Shown here: piece by piece, positions 36,701 through 48,380 of the stretch
Numbering within the stretch: position 1 is the stretch's first letter
Layout: every line of letters begins with the position of its first letter
Assembly: GCA_964016885.1 (NCBI GenBank)
Contig: OZ024742.1
Location: forward strand, 150,846,001-150,910,000
DNA: 64,000 nt
Reading direction: 5' to 3'
Source: Eledone cirrhosa
Lineage: Eukaryota
Made by a program: the position numbers and the translations under genes
The notes under the pieces: model-generated
The model's input: the letters and a program-made list of their open reading frames with translations, nothing else
Database searches by the model: none
Told to the model about the DNA's origin: nothing

Positions 36701-39700
36701 TTTTGATGTCTCGCAAGAATGTCGGTTACCATGTTGTATATCGAGATGGGGTAAGTTTTAATTGTCTCTTCTATTTTTAATCTTAGCAAAATCAGTAGAT
36801 CAGTAGGTTCTCTAACATAATGTATAAGGGCCTAACAAAATACTGGGAAATTGAAATATATATATATATATATGAGAGAGAGAGCATTTTACTTTGTCAG
36901 TTGTATTTCAAAATAATGATAATGGATTGAACAAATATATAGTGCATCAGAAGTCTCTGTCTTCTGTAAATATGGTGTTTATAACTAAGCTTTCACATTT
37001 TTTTAAAGTCTCTAATCTTGGTACCTAATAATACAAATAATTTGTTTGACAAATGTAGTAGTACTGGTTCCATAATAAAAATTTGCTCAACCCAAACTGG
37101 AAAGTAGAATTGCCGATGTTACGATAAAATGCACCCGGCCCTCTCTATAAATTGGTTGTTCTTGTGCCACAATAAAATGCACCCAGCCCACACAGTACAG
37201 TGGTATTGTAGTATCGCAACAAAATGCACCTATTTGGCACTGTAAAGTGGCAGTGTTGGTACTACAAAAAAGCATCCAAACCATTCTGTCAGGTTGTAGT
37301 GAATGCTATGAGAAAATAAACTCAGTACATGCCATGAAGTGGTTGGCATTAGAAAGGGCATCCAGCTGTAGAAACCATGCCAAAATGGAACATATAAGCA
37401 AGACAGTTGTCTGACCAGCCTGTCTAACCTCAGAACATGACAATACCTCTAACCCATACGAGCATGGAAAATATACATAAAATGGTGATGTTGGCAGTAA
37501 GACTAATGACAAATGGATATAAACCATGGCTGACATAGTATTAATTTACAAAAATTAAACTTCAGGTAGATGTTCTCTGATATTCTAGGTGTCCTATAGC
37601 TGATTAACCCTATTATTACCATATTTCTATTATATTGACTACATCACTTAACTAGTACAGTAAGGCAGTAGTGCTGGGGCCCTGAAAAAGGCAACCAGTT
37701 CACCTTGTAAGGTGGACTTAATGGTGCTACATCAAAATATAACCAGTTCACTCTGAAAGGTTGTTGGCATTAGGAAAGGCATCCAGCCATAGAAAACTAT
37801 GCCAAAAATGGAGCATATGAGCAAGACATGTATCTGGCCTCATGATGTGACAGCTCATAAAACCTATGCAAGCATGGAAAATAGATGTTAACAAAGATCA
37901 TTGTTATGAATCATCATCATCACCGTTTTTACGTTGGTTCTTCCACGCTAGCATGGGTTAGACGGATTGTCCTGTTGTGGGAATGTCCTGCTCATACGGG
38001 AACTGATTCTGGCTTGATTTCTACAGCTGGATGCACTTCCTAACACCAACCTCATTTACAGTGAGTGCTGGGTGTTTTTTTTCCATGGCAACTCCACGGC
38101 CACTTTATAGTGGAATGATAGGGACCCCAGTCCTATCATCTCATTTCTACAGCTGAGCAAACTGGAGCAATGTGAAATAAAGTGTCTTGCTCAAGGAAAC
38201 AACATATCACCCGGTCCTTTCAATTGCAAGCTCAATGCTCTAACCACTATTAGAATATTTTTTGCAATTTCTATTATTTTTATACCTACTGTTTTCTCTT
38301 GAGTGATGTCCCCTTTCCTTTACTGAATATCTTGTTTTTGTCCTTGTATTGTCCCAAATGGCCTTGTCTAAATCAGAAACCACTGTTATTACTTTGCAGC
38401 AATTCTACCCAGTCAACTACTTGCGAAATGTGGCATTACAGCAGGTGATAACCCCTTATGTCTACCTTTCTGACATAGACTTCCTCCCTATGTATGGCTT
38501 GTATGAATACCTGAAGAAAGCTGTGTCTATGATGGACATGAAAGACAGTAAGAAAGCTCTCATTGTTCCAGCCTTCGAGACCCAGCGCTATAGACTGACT
38601 TTCCCAAAATCTAAAGCAGAACTACTTTCTATGCTTGATGTTGGTACTCTTTTCACCTTCAGGTAAGCTTTTTGGGAGAGCTTTTGCATGTGAGTGTCTG
38701 CGGAGTAGTGTGGTGTTGTATATATTTAAGGTGGTTGTGTGTGTGATGTACTTATAAGAGAGAGGACTAGATTGTTGGTATTGTTTAGCTCATGTAGTCA
38801 GCCCTGATCGATTAGACATATAATTAAAGGCGTTCCAGATGTGACCATCCTGTTTTGTTTTTTCAGATGAAGCCTGCTTGAGATTACTTTATTCAGTGTG
38901 TCTTTTCTTTCTTAAGATGATGGGCTATACCCTGAGAACAATTTGGCTGCTATTTCTAGTAGAACAATCAGCCATGTAAAGGCTACCTAATTGGCTCATG
39001 TGTGGTTGTGTGAGTGTATATGTATGATGTGTGTGTGTTTTATGTGCTATCTTTATGTTTCATGTGATTATGTGTGTCTAGCTAAATCATAAAGACTCTT
39101 CATAGAATATGATCTCAATAATTACATTTCAGATATCATGTATGGACTAAAGGTCATGCTCCAACCAATTTTGCCAAATGGAGGACTGCCACCACACCAT
39201 ACACAGTAAGTTATTTCATTCAGTAGACAGTTTTCCTTAACAGAAGGACATTTTGATTTCTATATTTTCCTTCTTCTTCATTACCATCACTTTCTTCTCC
39301 TCCTCCTTCTTTTTGGCCAGTAAAGTAAATAAGTTATTCTCCTCTTCTTCCTGAGCGTGTCATGGGGGCATAGTCCTCAATTATGCCTTCCAGAGGGAAG
39401 CAACCATCACCAAATCATCCAGCTGAATCCCCAAGCGAGACCATTCCTTAAGCTTCCAAATTTAGCTCATCTTCATTCTACAGTTAATTAGCACTGATCT
39501 ATGCTTGCTAAGATATTCTTCATCGAGGAAGGATTTTCTCTTCACAAACATCTACTTCATTCATTTTTTTCTTTCGTACAAGTTCAATCTGCTTCTCCTA
39601 TCTACAGAAAGTAATCAGTTGGATATCTGATCTTCTGTATGTACTCTTGTAAAATGGATAGCCCATTTTGATCACAAAACTCCAGAGAAACTTGATTCTT

Positions 39701-42700
39701 TTTCATTTCTTCTGCTATGGCCATAGTTTCCATATACACCAGTCAAACCATCCCGGTGTGTCTTGACATTACCATTGAAATTGACACTCTTGTGATTATA
39801 TCAGTCATCAGTTGTTGAAAAAGCCTGCATAGGGCCCTCATAGAACTGATCTTTTTGCTCATCCCTAAAATGTACTCATGGAGGATACACAGACATAGGT
39901 ACTGTTTGTATTGCCTATTATATGTCTGACTTAAATTATTTTATCACCTTTGGCAGGTTTTCTACGGCTGGATGCCCTTCCTAACACCAACCACGTTTAC
40001 AGTGTGGACTGGGAGGTTTTTACCGTGTTACCTACACGGCCACATTACAGCGTGGACTGTGTGTTTTTTTTGTCGTGACACCTACACGACCTCATTTATT
40101 TAGGACTGGATAACATAACTTTACAATGAAAGGGGTGGGGGTAGAGGGATGGGGGTCTATTTTGGTTAAGAGGTGCCTACTGACTGTAGGTTTCGCTTTG
40201 AACTTAGGCAAGGTCTTCTGTATTACTGCGTAGCGCCAAAGATCTCGGTCCAGTGAAATTGACTTGGAGAGGTGTAAGTGTGTAAGATCGGAATTTATCA
40301 GCTCGTCCCAGGTTTTACTAGGTCTGCCTACTCCGTAGCTACCGTCTATTTTGATTGCCCTGGCAATCTTTTATACAGCTGTCGTCTTTCATGCGCATCA
40401 CGTGAATATACCTACGTAGTCTTCTCTCGAGTAAACAACATCTGATCCCTCTTATTCCTAATTTCTCACTTAGTTCATTTATGCTTTGCCGTTCACGTAT
40501 ATTACTATTACACATCCAACGGAGCATGCAAGCTTCGTTCCTCTCCAGTCTGCGTAGATCCTCTGCACACAATGCCCAAGTCTCGCTGCCATGTAACATT
40601 GTTGTTCATATGCAGGCATCATACAGCCTGCCTTTCATTTTTAGAGAGAAACCTTTATTGGCCAATAGTGGTATAAGGTCTCTGAACTTTTTCCATCCCG
40701 TTCTGACTCTAGCTACTGTACTTTCAGAGCACCTTCCACCACTGCTGATTTTGTCACCCAGGTAACGGAATGTGTCCACTATTTCTATAGAACCATCTGT
40801 GCAATGGAATGAGCTAGTATTCTGTGGGCACTTGCTGCTACTTATTGCACCAGAGCACCGGCCACATATAAAATCTATATTCTTAGTTAGCTTACCTGAG
40901 ATCCCACTACATCTTTTATGCACCCATACTTTGCATTTGGGACATAAAATGGAGTTTCTGCCTACTCCTTTCCTACACACTGAGCATGGCCATTTTCCTT
41001 CCTACATACTAGAATTTTAGTCTTAGACAAGTTAATTTTAAGGCCTTTTGATTCTAGGCCATGCTTCCATATTTGGAATTTCTTCTCAGTTCCGCCATTG
41101 ATTCAGCTATGAGCGTTAGATCATCTGCGTATAGAAGTTCCCATGGGCAGCCAGTCTTGAACTCCTCTGTTATAGCCTGAAGGGCTATAAATAGGAGGGG
41201 GCTAAAGACAGAGCCTTGATGAACACCAATTTTTACGCTGAAGTAATCGTGTTAAAGAATTAAATAGTTCTAAGCTCTTGTCTAAGTCTATCATCAGTGA
41301 AGGTGCATGACTTAATGGCTAGAGAGTTGGATTCACAATCATGAGGTTGTGAGGTCAATTTCCAGGACGATACACTGACTTTGAGTAAGACACTTTATTT
41401 CATGTTGCTCCAGTTTACTCAGCTTTAGAAATGAGTTGTGATGTCACTGGTGCCAAGCTATATTGGCTTTTGCCTCCTTTCCTTTGGATAATATTGGTGG
41501 TGTGGATAGAGAAGGCTGGTATGCATGGGTGACTGCTGGTCTTCCACAAAGATACTGTGCCTAGGCTTGCACTCCAGAGAAGAACTTTCTAAGTGCAAAA
41601 ACCATGGTCATTTGTAACTGTGGGGGGACTTTAATCTAAGCAATCATCCATATGATAAACAGTAGGTAAATATGTGTCAATATATTTAACATGCAACATC
41701 TGTTTGTTTTTAGATTCAATGGGAGTCTGACTTTGAACCATACATCGTAGTTGCTGCCAATGTACCTGGCTATGATCAGCGCTTTCTTGGTTTCGGATGG
41801 AATAAAGTTTCCCACATTATGGAATTAGATGCCAAGGGGTATGTCTTTTTATTGTTTCACCATTTCTCATCAGAGCCTTGCGTTTCAGCATATTTGTTTG
41901 TTTCAATCACCAGCAAATCGAACAAATTCTTATTAAATATGTAAAAGCAAAAAAATCTAATTCTTCTCAGCATCCAAAATATTTACTAGTCCAGGATTTC
42001 CTACAAAGGCATCAATATTGACTTCAGAAAATCAATCACTCCATTACAGCGTGGGTTCGCTATCGTCTTCATTTTCACTTGAATTCGTCAATATATCATC
42101 AGAATCAGAGTTAGATTCTGACATTAAATCAATATCTGATAGATTCTGTACATTATCAATAAAATAATCATATATCTTTTGTGCTACAATTAAATTAGTT
42201 TTAGTAAAGCCTTAAAAAAAATTTTTTTCACTTTCTGATGCCATATTTGTTGATGTAAATTTTCATTATTAAAACATGTTGCTTTCGCTTTCTCTCTCAA
42301 AAAGGGACCAATTAATTGTGAATTGCCCTGATATTAAAAAATTCTTTATAAACCACTCCAACTAGTTTCCTAATTCATCCATATGGGATGGATTCAGCTA
42401 TCAGCTGAGTCCATCATGAAGATCGCCCTGCCAACTTCCTTTAGTCAGGAAGAGCAAGCAGTTTTTATATACCTGATGGTCAATCCCTCATTATCATTTT
42501 CAAGTTTCACTTGAAAAGGAAAATGAGGGTGAAGAGGGAAGTACTGCTTTCTTGCCATTTTGTTGAAAGATGGACAAGGGGGCAAGCATAGTCCAAGTGA
42601 ATGGACCTGTCCTGAATATACACCTGTAAATCAAAGCAGAAGAACTGGGAGAGGGCACTTACCCTAACAGCCAGGGTAATCATGGTTTTTATGGTGATGG

Positions 42701-44340
42701 TGGGGAGGGGGGTTCCATGAGTGACACTCAGAAATTTCTTCTATTAAGGAATTTTTTTATTATAATTTTACTATTACCTTCATTTTTTATTTTCATTTTA
42801 TCTGTTTACAGGCAAAGCCCCACCTCACACACTCAACGTTTTGTCCTGTGCTTCATGTTTTTTTCATGTGAACCCATCATGGTTAATAAAGAAATCATTA
42901 TTATTTTAATTAAGGGCAGTGGATAGTAGAATTGTTAAGTTTCTAACAAAAAGTGCCTTTGGGTATTTAGTTAAGTCCTTTTACACACTGGGTTCGGATT
43001 CTGAGCTGACTTTTAGTTCCTGAAAAAAAAGGCTGTGGGCACTGACCCTCCCTCCCTGATTAAACAGCAAAAATAAAGTCTAATCAGTTAGCTTATAAAT
43101 TCTATGACCATAATTCTATCTCAGCCTGTTTTGATTTTACACTATTTTTCCCCATTCAGCATATGCGTTTGATGCTAAAATTAAAATTATGTTGAAGATG
43201 ATATTAACAGAATGTTAGCCATTTAATTCTTAAGTGGTTCAATTTATTTATTTTTTCATTTAATACAGGTATGAATTAATCGTCCTGCCAAATGCTTTCA
43301 TGATCCACATGCCACATGCTCCTAGTTTTGATATTGCCAAATTCCGTTCTAGTTCAACATATCGTAGGTAAGTTGACTAATTTCATATGCTTGAGGGTGG
43401 AAACCTAGTCCATGAAGTGAATCTCTCTTAATACCCATATCACAACTTCACACGGAACCCTATCAGAAGCCTTTTCCAAATAAACAAATCCCAAGAAACA
43501 ACTGCTTTTTGTCCCTGTAATCCTCCTGTAACTGCCTTACAATAAAATTTGTGGTCATTCCTATTCCCATCATAAATTCAAACTACTTTTCAATACTTTT
43601 CAATTCCATGATTCAATAACTTAATTGATTCATATGAACTGCAGTCTATAAAATTGCCTTTCACCTTGTACAGACTATTGAGAGTTCTCGACTCCCAATC
43701 CACTGGAATAGTCTTCTTTCACCACCAACATACAGATTTCCGTCTTTTTCTTCACACCTCAACTCCCCACTGCCTACAAAATCTATCAGCCCTCCTGCTT
43801 TTCCATGCCCCATTACTCTTTCTTCTTTCTCAATTATCTCCTCTACTAGTCCTAGTAATTAATTGCTTTCCATCTTCCCTTAACCCTTTAGCATTCAAAC
43901 CGGCCATATCTGGCTAGAAATATCTCAACTCTTTCTGTTCAAACCAGTTGAAACTGGCTGCTTATACTGATGTTATGGTATTGTTCTCAAAATAAATAAC
44001 ATCAAAATCTCATAGATTCAATATTATGTGCGATAATTATGTAAGATAAAGTGTTTACTACAAAAATACAATAGTATATATAGAGTAATGTGAATGCTAA
44101 AGGGTTAATTCCATTTGAGTCCTCAACAATTTGTCCCACTTTTAGGCAACTCATCCTTATCACATCTTATCCCTTTTGCTATCTTAAATGCTTCTCATTG
44201 ACCTGCCTTTGAGTTAATCATACCCAAGAGGGTTATCGACTACATTTGTTTGTAATTTTGTTAATTTTCTATGTGCAGGCTTGAAATTTCGTCAGTAGAT
44301 GTTTAGATATTAATAATCTACAATTATCTATTTTTTACCT

Positions 44341-44373
<33 letters not shown>

Positions 44374-46915
44374 CTGTTAAATGTGACTTTTATGAGCAGG
44401 TGAAATTAACAGGTATAAAAGTAATGACTTTATGGATAAACAAAAAAATTTAAACTTTGTGCCTTACCTGTTAGATTTGTTACAAAAATTATCTAACAAT
44501 GACCTAGATGTTGACTTCCAACAATTTTAGTACTTTTACAAACAGGTGAATTAATTTAAAATGCAGATATAATCAGTGCAAGGTTTTAGTCTTTCTCTAT
44601 ATTCCATGTAAATATTTTCATTGAAAAAAAAAAAGTATAAAACCCTTTCACCAGTGAAAATAATATTGGCAATGTACTGGGTAGATTTACATAACAGAAT
44701 GTGCCCAATATTAACAGGTGTGATGCAGGTGTGACACAGGTGAATGCAGGTGTTTTTGCATATAGCCAAAGTTCCCTTTACATAATGGCACTTTGCAAAA
44801 GGAACACATAAAAGAGATTTCAATTTGGTAACTTTTAGCAGATTTTCTCTTTTGCAAAGAGAACATTCGGCAAACCTTCTTTTTAATTTTCTCTATTTTA
44901 TGAAAATCAATATTTTCTTTGTTTACCTCAGATAATTTTGATTTTCTCCCAGCACTGTGTTTGCGAGAAGTATATCCTCCACATAGCCGAGATGCAATGT
45001 CCACACAAAATTTAATGTGGGCCCCCACCCATATATTTATTGAAAGAGAGGCTAACTAAAGGTATACCTTCATCCCCAACACCTGGTTGTTGGTTTGAAG
45101 ATAGGAATAAAATTTGCCATTTGTCTCTGTACAATATGGCTAGCATGTTCCCTTTTTGCACCTAGAGAATGTCCCCTCTTTCTTTTTTAATTTTGATAGT
45201 TTTATTTCTTGGGGTAGCCCTTTGCAATTCCTCATTATTGTACGGCAGGTGTATATATTTACAAGGCCAGAAGCACCGAAGAAAAGAAAAGTCAAAATAT
45301 GTATGTGTTGAGAGTGGAAGGGTTCAGTCAGAGACCACAGAACATTGTATCCCAATCCATTTTTGCTCTCTCCATTATGTTTTTTCCCCATGTAAATATC
45401 AAAATTTGCACATTAGCCTGTGTCCAATTCACCATGTTCCCACACCTTGATACCCCATTTAGTGGGTTTAGCTGGCATATACTGTCTGAAATGTACCCTA
45501 CCCATATACTCAATTATTGCTTCATCAACACTGAGATTTTTTTCTAGGTATATACAGTTTTAAATTTTTCACATAATACATTAATTAATGGTTGAACTTT
45601 ATACCAGGGGGCATTTGAAGTATCGACCAGGTGCAAATATTGATTTAATTTTAAATACCTTGTTTTCGGCATAATACTAGATATATACAGGTCACTAAAC
45701 CTTATATCAGCGCTCCAGTAATTCCACAGTCTTGTTGAAAATTGCTTTACACCTAACATGTTTATAGTAAAAAATGATTGAATTTCAGCAGCATCTGTCA
45801 GTTGCCATAATAGATAGGGTTATTCCCGATTTGAAATTTGTTGTTGAGCATATCAATTTGTCTCTTTTGTCACAACCTCGAAGAAAGTTTGTGGCAAAAA
45901 GAAAAAGAAATAATCCAGTGCTTTAGCATCGGGAGGTAATGTGTGTTGTGGACCAGTATTTTCAATAATATCGGGAGCATATATTAGTGTGGTGTTTTTA
46001 TACCATGTTGCTGTAACATTTTCAATGGCATCCTGGAGATCTTCTTAACTTTCACTATCAAAACAACAATCATCATTGGATGAAAATCCAAAAATATATA
46101 CATCTAATTCATTTGAAGATAAATCTCTGATATTTTCTTTTATTTCTATTTCATTTTGAACATTATTATCACGTGTAAAATCTTCAAAGTCAGTATTGCT
46201 ACTTTCATAGGCCATGTTGATACACACAAAAATCTTTTGTACTTCCAACGTTAAAAACCATGTGTTGTTCCTTATATTGTGTTATTTTTCACAGTAATCT
46301 CAAATCGACAAGATTTTGATGATGTTATTGTTTATTTTTAGAACGGTATCTTAGTGTGGGTGTCTTTGGTTGGTTTGGATGCTAAAAGGTTAAATGCCTC
46401 TCTTTGACCTGCCTTTAAATGTTCCCCAAAGGTATTCTTATGTGCTTCCTGTGCTTTTGCTACATCTTTCTTTGCAGCCTTCTTAACTGACTTGTACTTT
46501 TCATATGTCCTTTGAATTTTTTCCACTTCTAATCAATATTCTTTTCAACTGTATCAAGTGTTTTGCTGAGCTCTTCTACAGCCTTTCCCCCTCAAGCCAT
46601 AAGTAACTATATTGTGTAACAACTTCCTCTCCTGGAATTACCTTTGTATTTTGAATTTGATCCTGTCTTATCTACGTACCATCTGGTAGTCAGCAGTGAG
46701 TGATATAGAAAGTTTTATATCTGTATTCTGAGACCAAGTATTACAAATTAATGATTAACCATGCAATAAAATGAAGTTGATATAAATTGATAAATGTTTT
46801 AATTGAACTATTTTTTTTCTTTTTCAGATGTTTAAAAGTTTTAAAAGGAGAATTTCAAAGGGACCTGTATCGAAAATATGGCATAAAAGCATTGAAATAT
46901 CTGTCTGTAGAGTGA
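8961..46915 (+). CDS. LARGE1: LARGE xylosyl- and glucuronyltransferase (GT8 + GT49 domains), spliced gene with 16 coding exons seen; 5' exon(s) not identified
   Basis: Manually spliced exons give a continuous ~691-aa frame with LARGE motifs ([80 protein letters not shown]) ending KYLSVE*. All introns are GT-AG and phases match. Confidence 0.97.
9261..9349. repeat. Perfect 41-bp inverted repeat with a 7-nt loop
   Basis: 9261-9301 is the exact reverse complement of 9309-9349. Confidence 0.98.
9777..13173 (+). mobile_element. RTE-clade LINE copy 1 (APE + RT + PHD-type finger), slightly 5'-truncated, one nonsense codon
   Basis: APE motifs ([23 protein letters not shown]), RT motifs ([28 protein letters not shown]), in-frame TGA at 10097-10099, ORF end 12814, (GAT)n tail. 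Confidence 0.97.
13299..16127 (+). mobile_element. RTE-clade LINE copy 2 (different subfamily), 5'-truncated, frameshift near 13590
   Basis: ORFs 13191-13613 and 13610-16105 carry APE/RT/YADD motifs; the ORF runs directly into the (GAT)n tail. Confidence 0.97.
16263..16450 (+). mobile_element. tRNA-derived SINE, family A
   Basis: A box-like TGGCAGTATCGG, B box GAGTTCAAATCCC, body gcctttcatccttacggggtcgataaaataaagtaccagt, ATT tail; near-identical copy at 26198. Confidence 0.85.
18967..19166. mobile_element. TTAA/piggyBac-type MITE with one degenerate TIR
   Basis: TTAA-CCCTTTAGCATT start; reverse-complement relative of 43884-44104. Confidence 0.75.
19229..19367 (+). CDS. LARGE1: LARGE exon (stem)
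   Basis: ttatag|t...tgtgag|gtatga; [10 protein letters not shown]...EPEVPKCE joins in frame to IIHVAIVC. Confidence 0.88.
20160..20420 (-). mobile_element. tRNA-derived SINE, family B (diverged)
   Basis: Reverse complement resembles the heads at 24065, 26780 and 41300 (ttgagcaag...ttgctccagt core). Confidence 0.6.
20486..20657 (+). CDS. LARGE1: LARGE exon (start of GT8 domain)
   Basis: ttccag|att...gaag|gtctaa; [35 protein letters not shown]...WNVAE. Confidence 0.95.
21924..21958 (+). CDS. LARGE1: LARGE 35-nt mini-exon
   Basis: tttcag|tt...aag|gtaaag; [12 protein letters not shown] fills the expected gap and restores phase. Confidence 0.9.
22019..23337 (-). mobile_element. Tc1/mariner DNA transposon (rosa/DD41D-like) with a pseudogenised transposase
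   Basis: Perfect 33-bp TIRs (cagggttattcaaaaagaatgaaccgatttcat), TA flanks, minus-strand motifs [48 protein letters not shown]; stops and deletions. Confidence 0.95.
23944..24033 (+). CDS. LARGE1: LARGE exon
   Basis: tttcag|tct...aag|gtaata; [30 protein letters not shown]. Confidence 0.95.
24440..24845. repeat. Degenerate ~31-34-bp minisatellite
   Basis: About 12 units like ttttatgactggacttgtgatattatgatgtc. Confidence 0.85.
24853..24936 (+). CDS. LARGE1: LARGE exon with the GT8 DXD motif
   Basis: tttag|gta...caa|gtaaga; [28 protein letters not shown]. Confidence 0.95.
26198..26386 (+). mobile_element. tRNA-derived SINE, family A
   Basis: Near-identical to 16263-16450; B box GAGTTCAAATCCC. 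Confidence 0.85.
27145..27222 (+). CDS. LARGE1: LARGE exon
   Basis: ctttag|gca...ttg|gtaaga; [26 protein letters not shown]. Confidence 0.95.
27720..31303 (+). mobile_element. RTE-clade LINE copy 3, near full-length, with multiple stops and frameshifts
   Basis: [17 protein letters not shown] start; ORF pieces at 27914, 28568, 29317 and 30531; YADD; PHD-type finger; 3' UTR; (GAT)n tail. The 5' boundary is approximate. Confidence 0.95.
31310..31425 (+). mobile_element. Short internally deleted relative of the 605-bp element
   Basis: atgttgacttgttcttctttttggtacatatcat (identical to ~31723-31756) + poly-T + ggccatactcgataacgag..ggcagcca + (ATGT)n. Confidence 0.75.
31436..32040 (+). mobile_element. 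605-bp non-autonomous bipartite RTE-derived element, copy A
   Basis: Same length as and highly similar to 60680-61284; RTE 5'UTR-like motif ctaggagaaggaaaactctg; C2H2 remnant [23 protein letters not shown] at 31910-31981; ctcg-aaaa-cgag stem-loop and ATGT tail. Confidence 0.85.
32704..32835 (+). CDS. LARGE1: LARGE exon
   Basis: tcttag|ggc...cag|gtcagt; [12 protein letters not shown]...[16 protein letters not shown]. Confidence 0.95.
33130..33575 (-). mobile_element. RTE-3'-end-related SINE-like element with an expanded 48-bp tandem array
   Basis: (ATC)n tail and ggatgcccttcctaac core, then repeats of gtggcaccagcactaccaccttacagggtggactgggtgctttttatt. Confidence 0.8.
34244..34369 (+). CDS. 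LARGE1: LARGE exon
   Basis: tttcag|gat...aaa|gtttgt; [42 protein letters not shown]. Confidence 0.95.
34427..35418. mobile_element. Expander/Rex3-like RTE fragment with an internal inversion
   Basis: Minus strand 34427-34937 encodes a C-terminal part ([10 protein letters not shown]); plus strand 34938-35418 encodes the APE end and linker ([34 protein letters not shown]). Confidence 0.8.
35596..35757 (+). CDS. LARGE1: LARGE exon
   Basis: cattag|att...cag|gttagt; [43 protein letters not shown]...QDQ. Confidence 0.95.
36442..36750 (+). CDS. LARGE1: LARGE exon (start of GT49 domain)
   Basis: tttcag|tta...ggg|gtaagt; [16 protein letters not shown]...[16 protein letters not shown]...GYHVVYRDG. 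Confidence 0.97.
37085..37490 (+). mobile_element. RTE-3'-end-related SINE-like element with ~5 diverged ~48-bp units
   Basis: Repeated aaaatgcacc...gtgg units followed by ttagaaagggcatccagctgtagaaacc and a 3' aacccatacgagcatgg stem. Confidence 0.7.
37912..38115 (-). mobile_element. Short 3' fragment related to the 3' UTR of RTE copy 3
   Basis: Reverse complement matches ~31090-31300. Confidence 0.75.
38400..38662 (+). CDS. LARGE1: LARGE exon with the GT49 DXD motif
   Basis: ttgcag|caa...ttcag|gtaagc; [12 protein letters not shown]...SDIDFLP...VPAFE...GTLFTF. Confidence 0.97.
39133..39205 (+). CDS. LARGE1: LARGE exon
   Basis: tttcag|a...aca|gtaagt; [24 protein letters not shown]. Confidence 0.96.
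39951..41241 (-). mobile_element. RTE LINE copy 4, antisense, truncated, close relative of copy 1
   Basis: Minus ORFs 40339-40599 and 40606-40980 are nearly identical in protein to the copy 1 C-terminus; 3' UTR also matches. Confidence 0.95.
41300..41630 (+). mobile_element. tRNA-derived SINE, family B
   Basis: tRNA-like head followed by ttgagtaagacactttatttcatgttgctccagtttactcagct; relatives at 24065 and 26780. Confidence 0.6.
41714..41838 (+). CDS. LARGE1: LARGE exon
   Basis: ttttag|att...gg|gtatgt; [13 protein letters not shown]...[18 protein letters not shown]. Confidence 0.96.
43269..43367 (+). CDS. LARGE1: LARGE exon
   Basis: atacag|g...ag|gtaagt; [32 protein letters not shown]. Confidence 0.96.
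43390..43770 (-). mobile_element. Old RTE-type RT fragment
   Basis: Minus-strand [12 protein letters not shown]-like motif at ~43455-43490. Confidence 0.55.
43884..44104. mobile_element. 221-bp TTAA MITE (piggyBac-type)
   Basis: TTAA|CCCTTTAGCATTCA...TGAATGCTAAAGGG|TTAA. Confidence 0.9.
44700..46250 (-). pseudogene. Decayed piggyBac (PGBD4-like) transposase
   Basis: Minus-strand fragments: acidic N-terminus, YWS...[50 protein letters not shown], and a Cys-rich C-terminus CSFCKVPLC; many frameshifts. Termini not found. Confidence 0.85.
46828..46915 (+). CDS. LARGE1: LARGE terminal coding exon
   Basis: tttcag|a; [28 protein letters not shown] then TGA. Confidence 0.95.
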
Positions 46916-47040
46916 GGAGAAATTAGTTTTATTGAAACTGAATACAAAGATAATCATGGCAATTATATGAATACTAATGACAATTAGTATAATTGAGACT
47001 GTAATTATTATTATTACAGTTCAATAATAATAATGATTTC

Positions 47041-47046
47041 AATAAA
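47041..47046 (+). terminator. Candidate polyadenylation signal for LARGE (alternatives at 47869 and 47878)
   Basis: AATAAA about 125 nt after the stop; weak evidence in AT-rich DNA. Confidence 0.3.
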
Positions 47047-48029
47047 CCATCTTGTGTGATCAGAATGAACAAGGAATATTAGAGTGACCATAATGGTTGA
47101 AACAGTAGACTAAATGCAATATAGTATTTAGTTTCATTCCTCTAGGTTCTGGGGTCAATATTGCCTTTCATTTCTCTCTAGGTTGATATAAATATCAATG
47201 ATATACTAGGGTTTCATTCAATTGACTTATATATCTTCACCACAAATAGTTAGGCCTTCTATCAAAACAGAAACCATTACTTTCATATATTTATTTTAGT
47301 GAAATGGTTTTAGTTGCTGATATTAATGTAGTATTTTTTCCCCCATAGCCAAAGGATCATTCTGAAACATACGATTTACTTCATACAAATTAACAAAACA
47401 CATTACTTCATGAATGACTGAATAATTGACTGGCTTGATTAATGAGTGATATTAATTTCAAACTTGGAATGATAAAGAAGACATCTATTGAAACACAAAA
47501 TATACAAAAAAAATGTTTAATAGATCTTCGAAAATATTTTCTTCCTGCCATCATGTACAGCTGCTGAAATTCTAACCACCTCTATGATGGTGTTTGCTGC
47601 TACCACTACTACAACTGCTGCTACTATTGCTACTATTATTTCTCGATACATATAATCATTTATTTATTCATATCGCGCACCACGAACACTCCTTCATAAG
47701 AATCATTTTTATTAAAGCGAAGCATTTCATACTAATAAGCAAAAGAAGAATGATAATGAAGAAAATTTATTTCCTTCTAGTCATAGGAAATGAAATATAA
47801 TTGTCACCAAAGGAAGACATTGTTTTTTTTAAATATTAATTTTTCATTAAGAATTAAATTTAATTTTAAATAAAACAAATAAAACATTTGTTTCGGTTCT
47901 TTTTTTATTTTATGTAATTGAGTATAAAGTTGACAGTTAGTTTCTTTACTGGACTGAGTATGTTATTATTCTGGGATTCACTTTCATGAACGATTGAAAT
48001 TCTTTCTAATTTGGCTGTAATATATATAT

Positions 48030-48265
48030 ATCATCATCATCATCATCATCGTTTAATGTCCATCTTCCACGCTATCATGGGTTGGACGGTTTTGTCCCAC
48101 TTGAGGCGAGAACTGTCTTTAGCAGGTTTTCTACAGCTGGATGCTCTTCCTAACACCAATCACATTTACAGTGTGAACTGGGAGCCTTTTTACCATGTCT
48201 CCTACATGACCACTTTACAGTGTGGAGTGGGTGTTTTTTGTCGTGTCACCTACACGACCACTTTA
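48030..48265 (-). mobile_element. Short 3' fragment of the RTE copy 1 type UTR
   Basis: Reverse complement resembles 12915-13170, including the GAT tail. Confidence 0.8.
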
Positions 48266-48380
48266 AATATATGTGTGTGTACATATGTTTATTATAATCA
48301 TTGTTGTTGTCATTACTTTTCCTTCTACGTTTCCATAATAGCGTTGGTTGAATGGGATAACTGTTTCCTTTGTGTATACA

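Noticed and set aside
41930-42245. Acidic minus-strand segment resembling a transposase N-terminus
   Set aside because: Low complexity with no catalytic motif or termini; cannot be supported.
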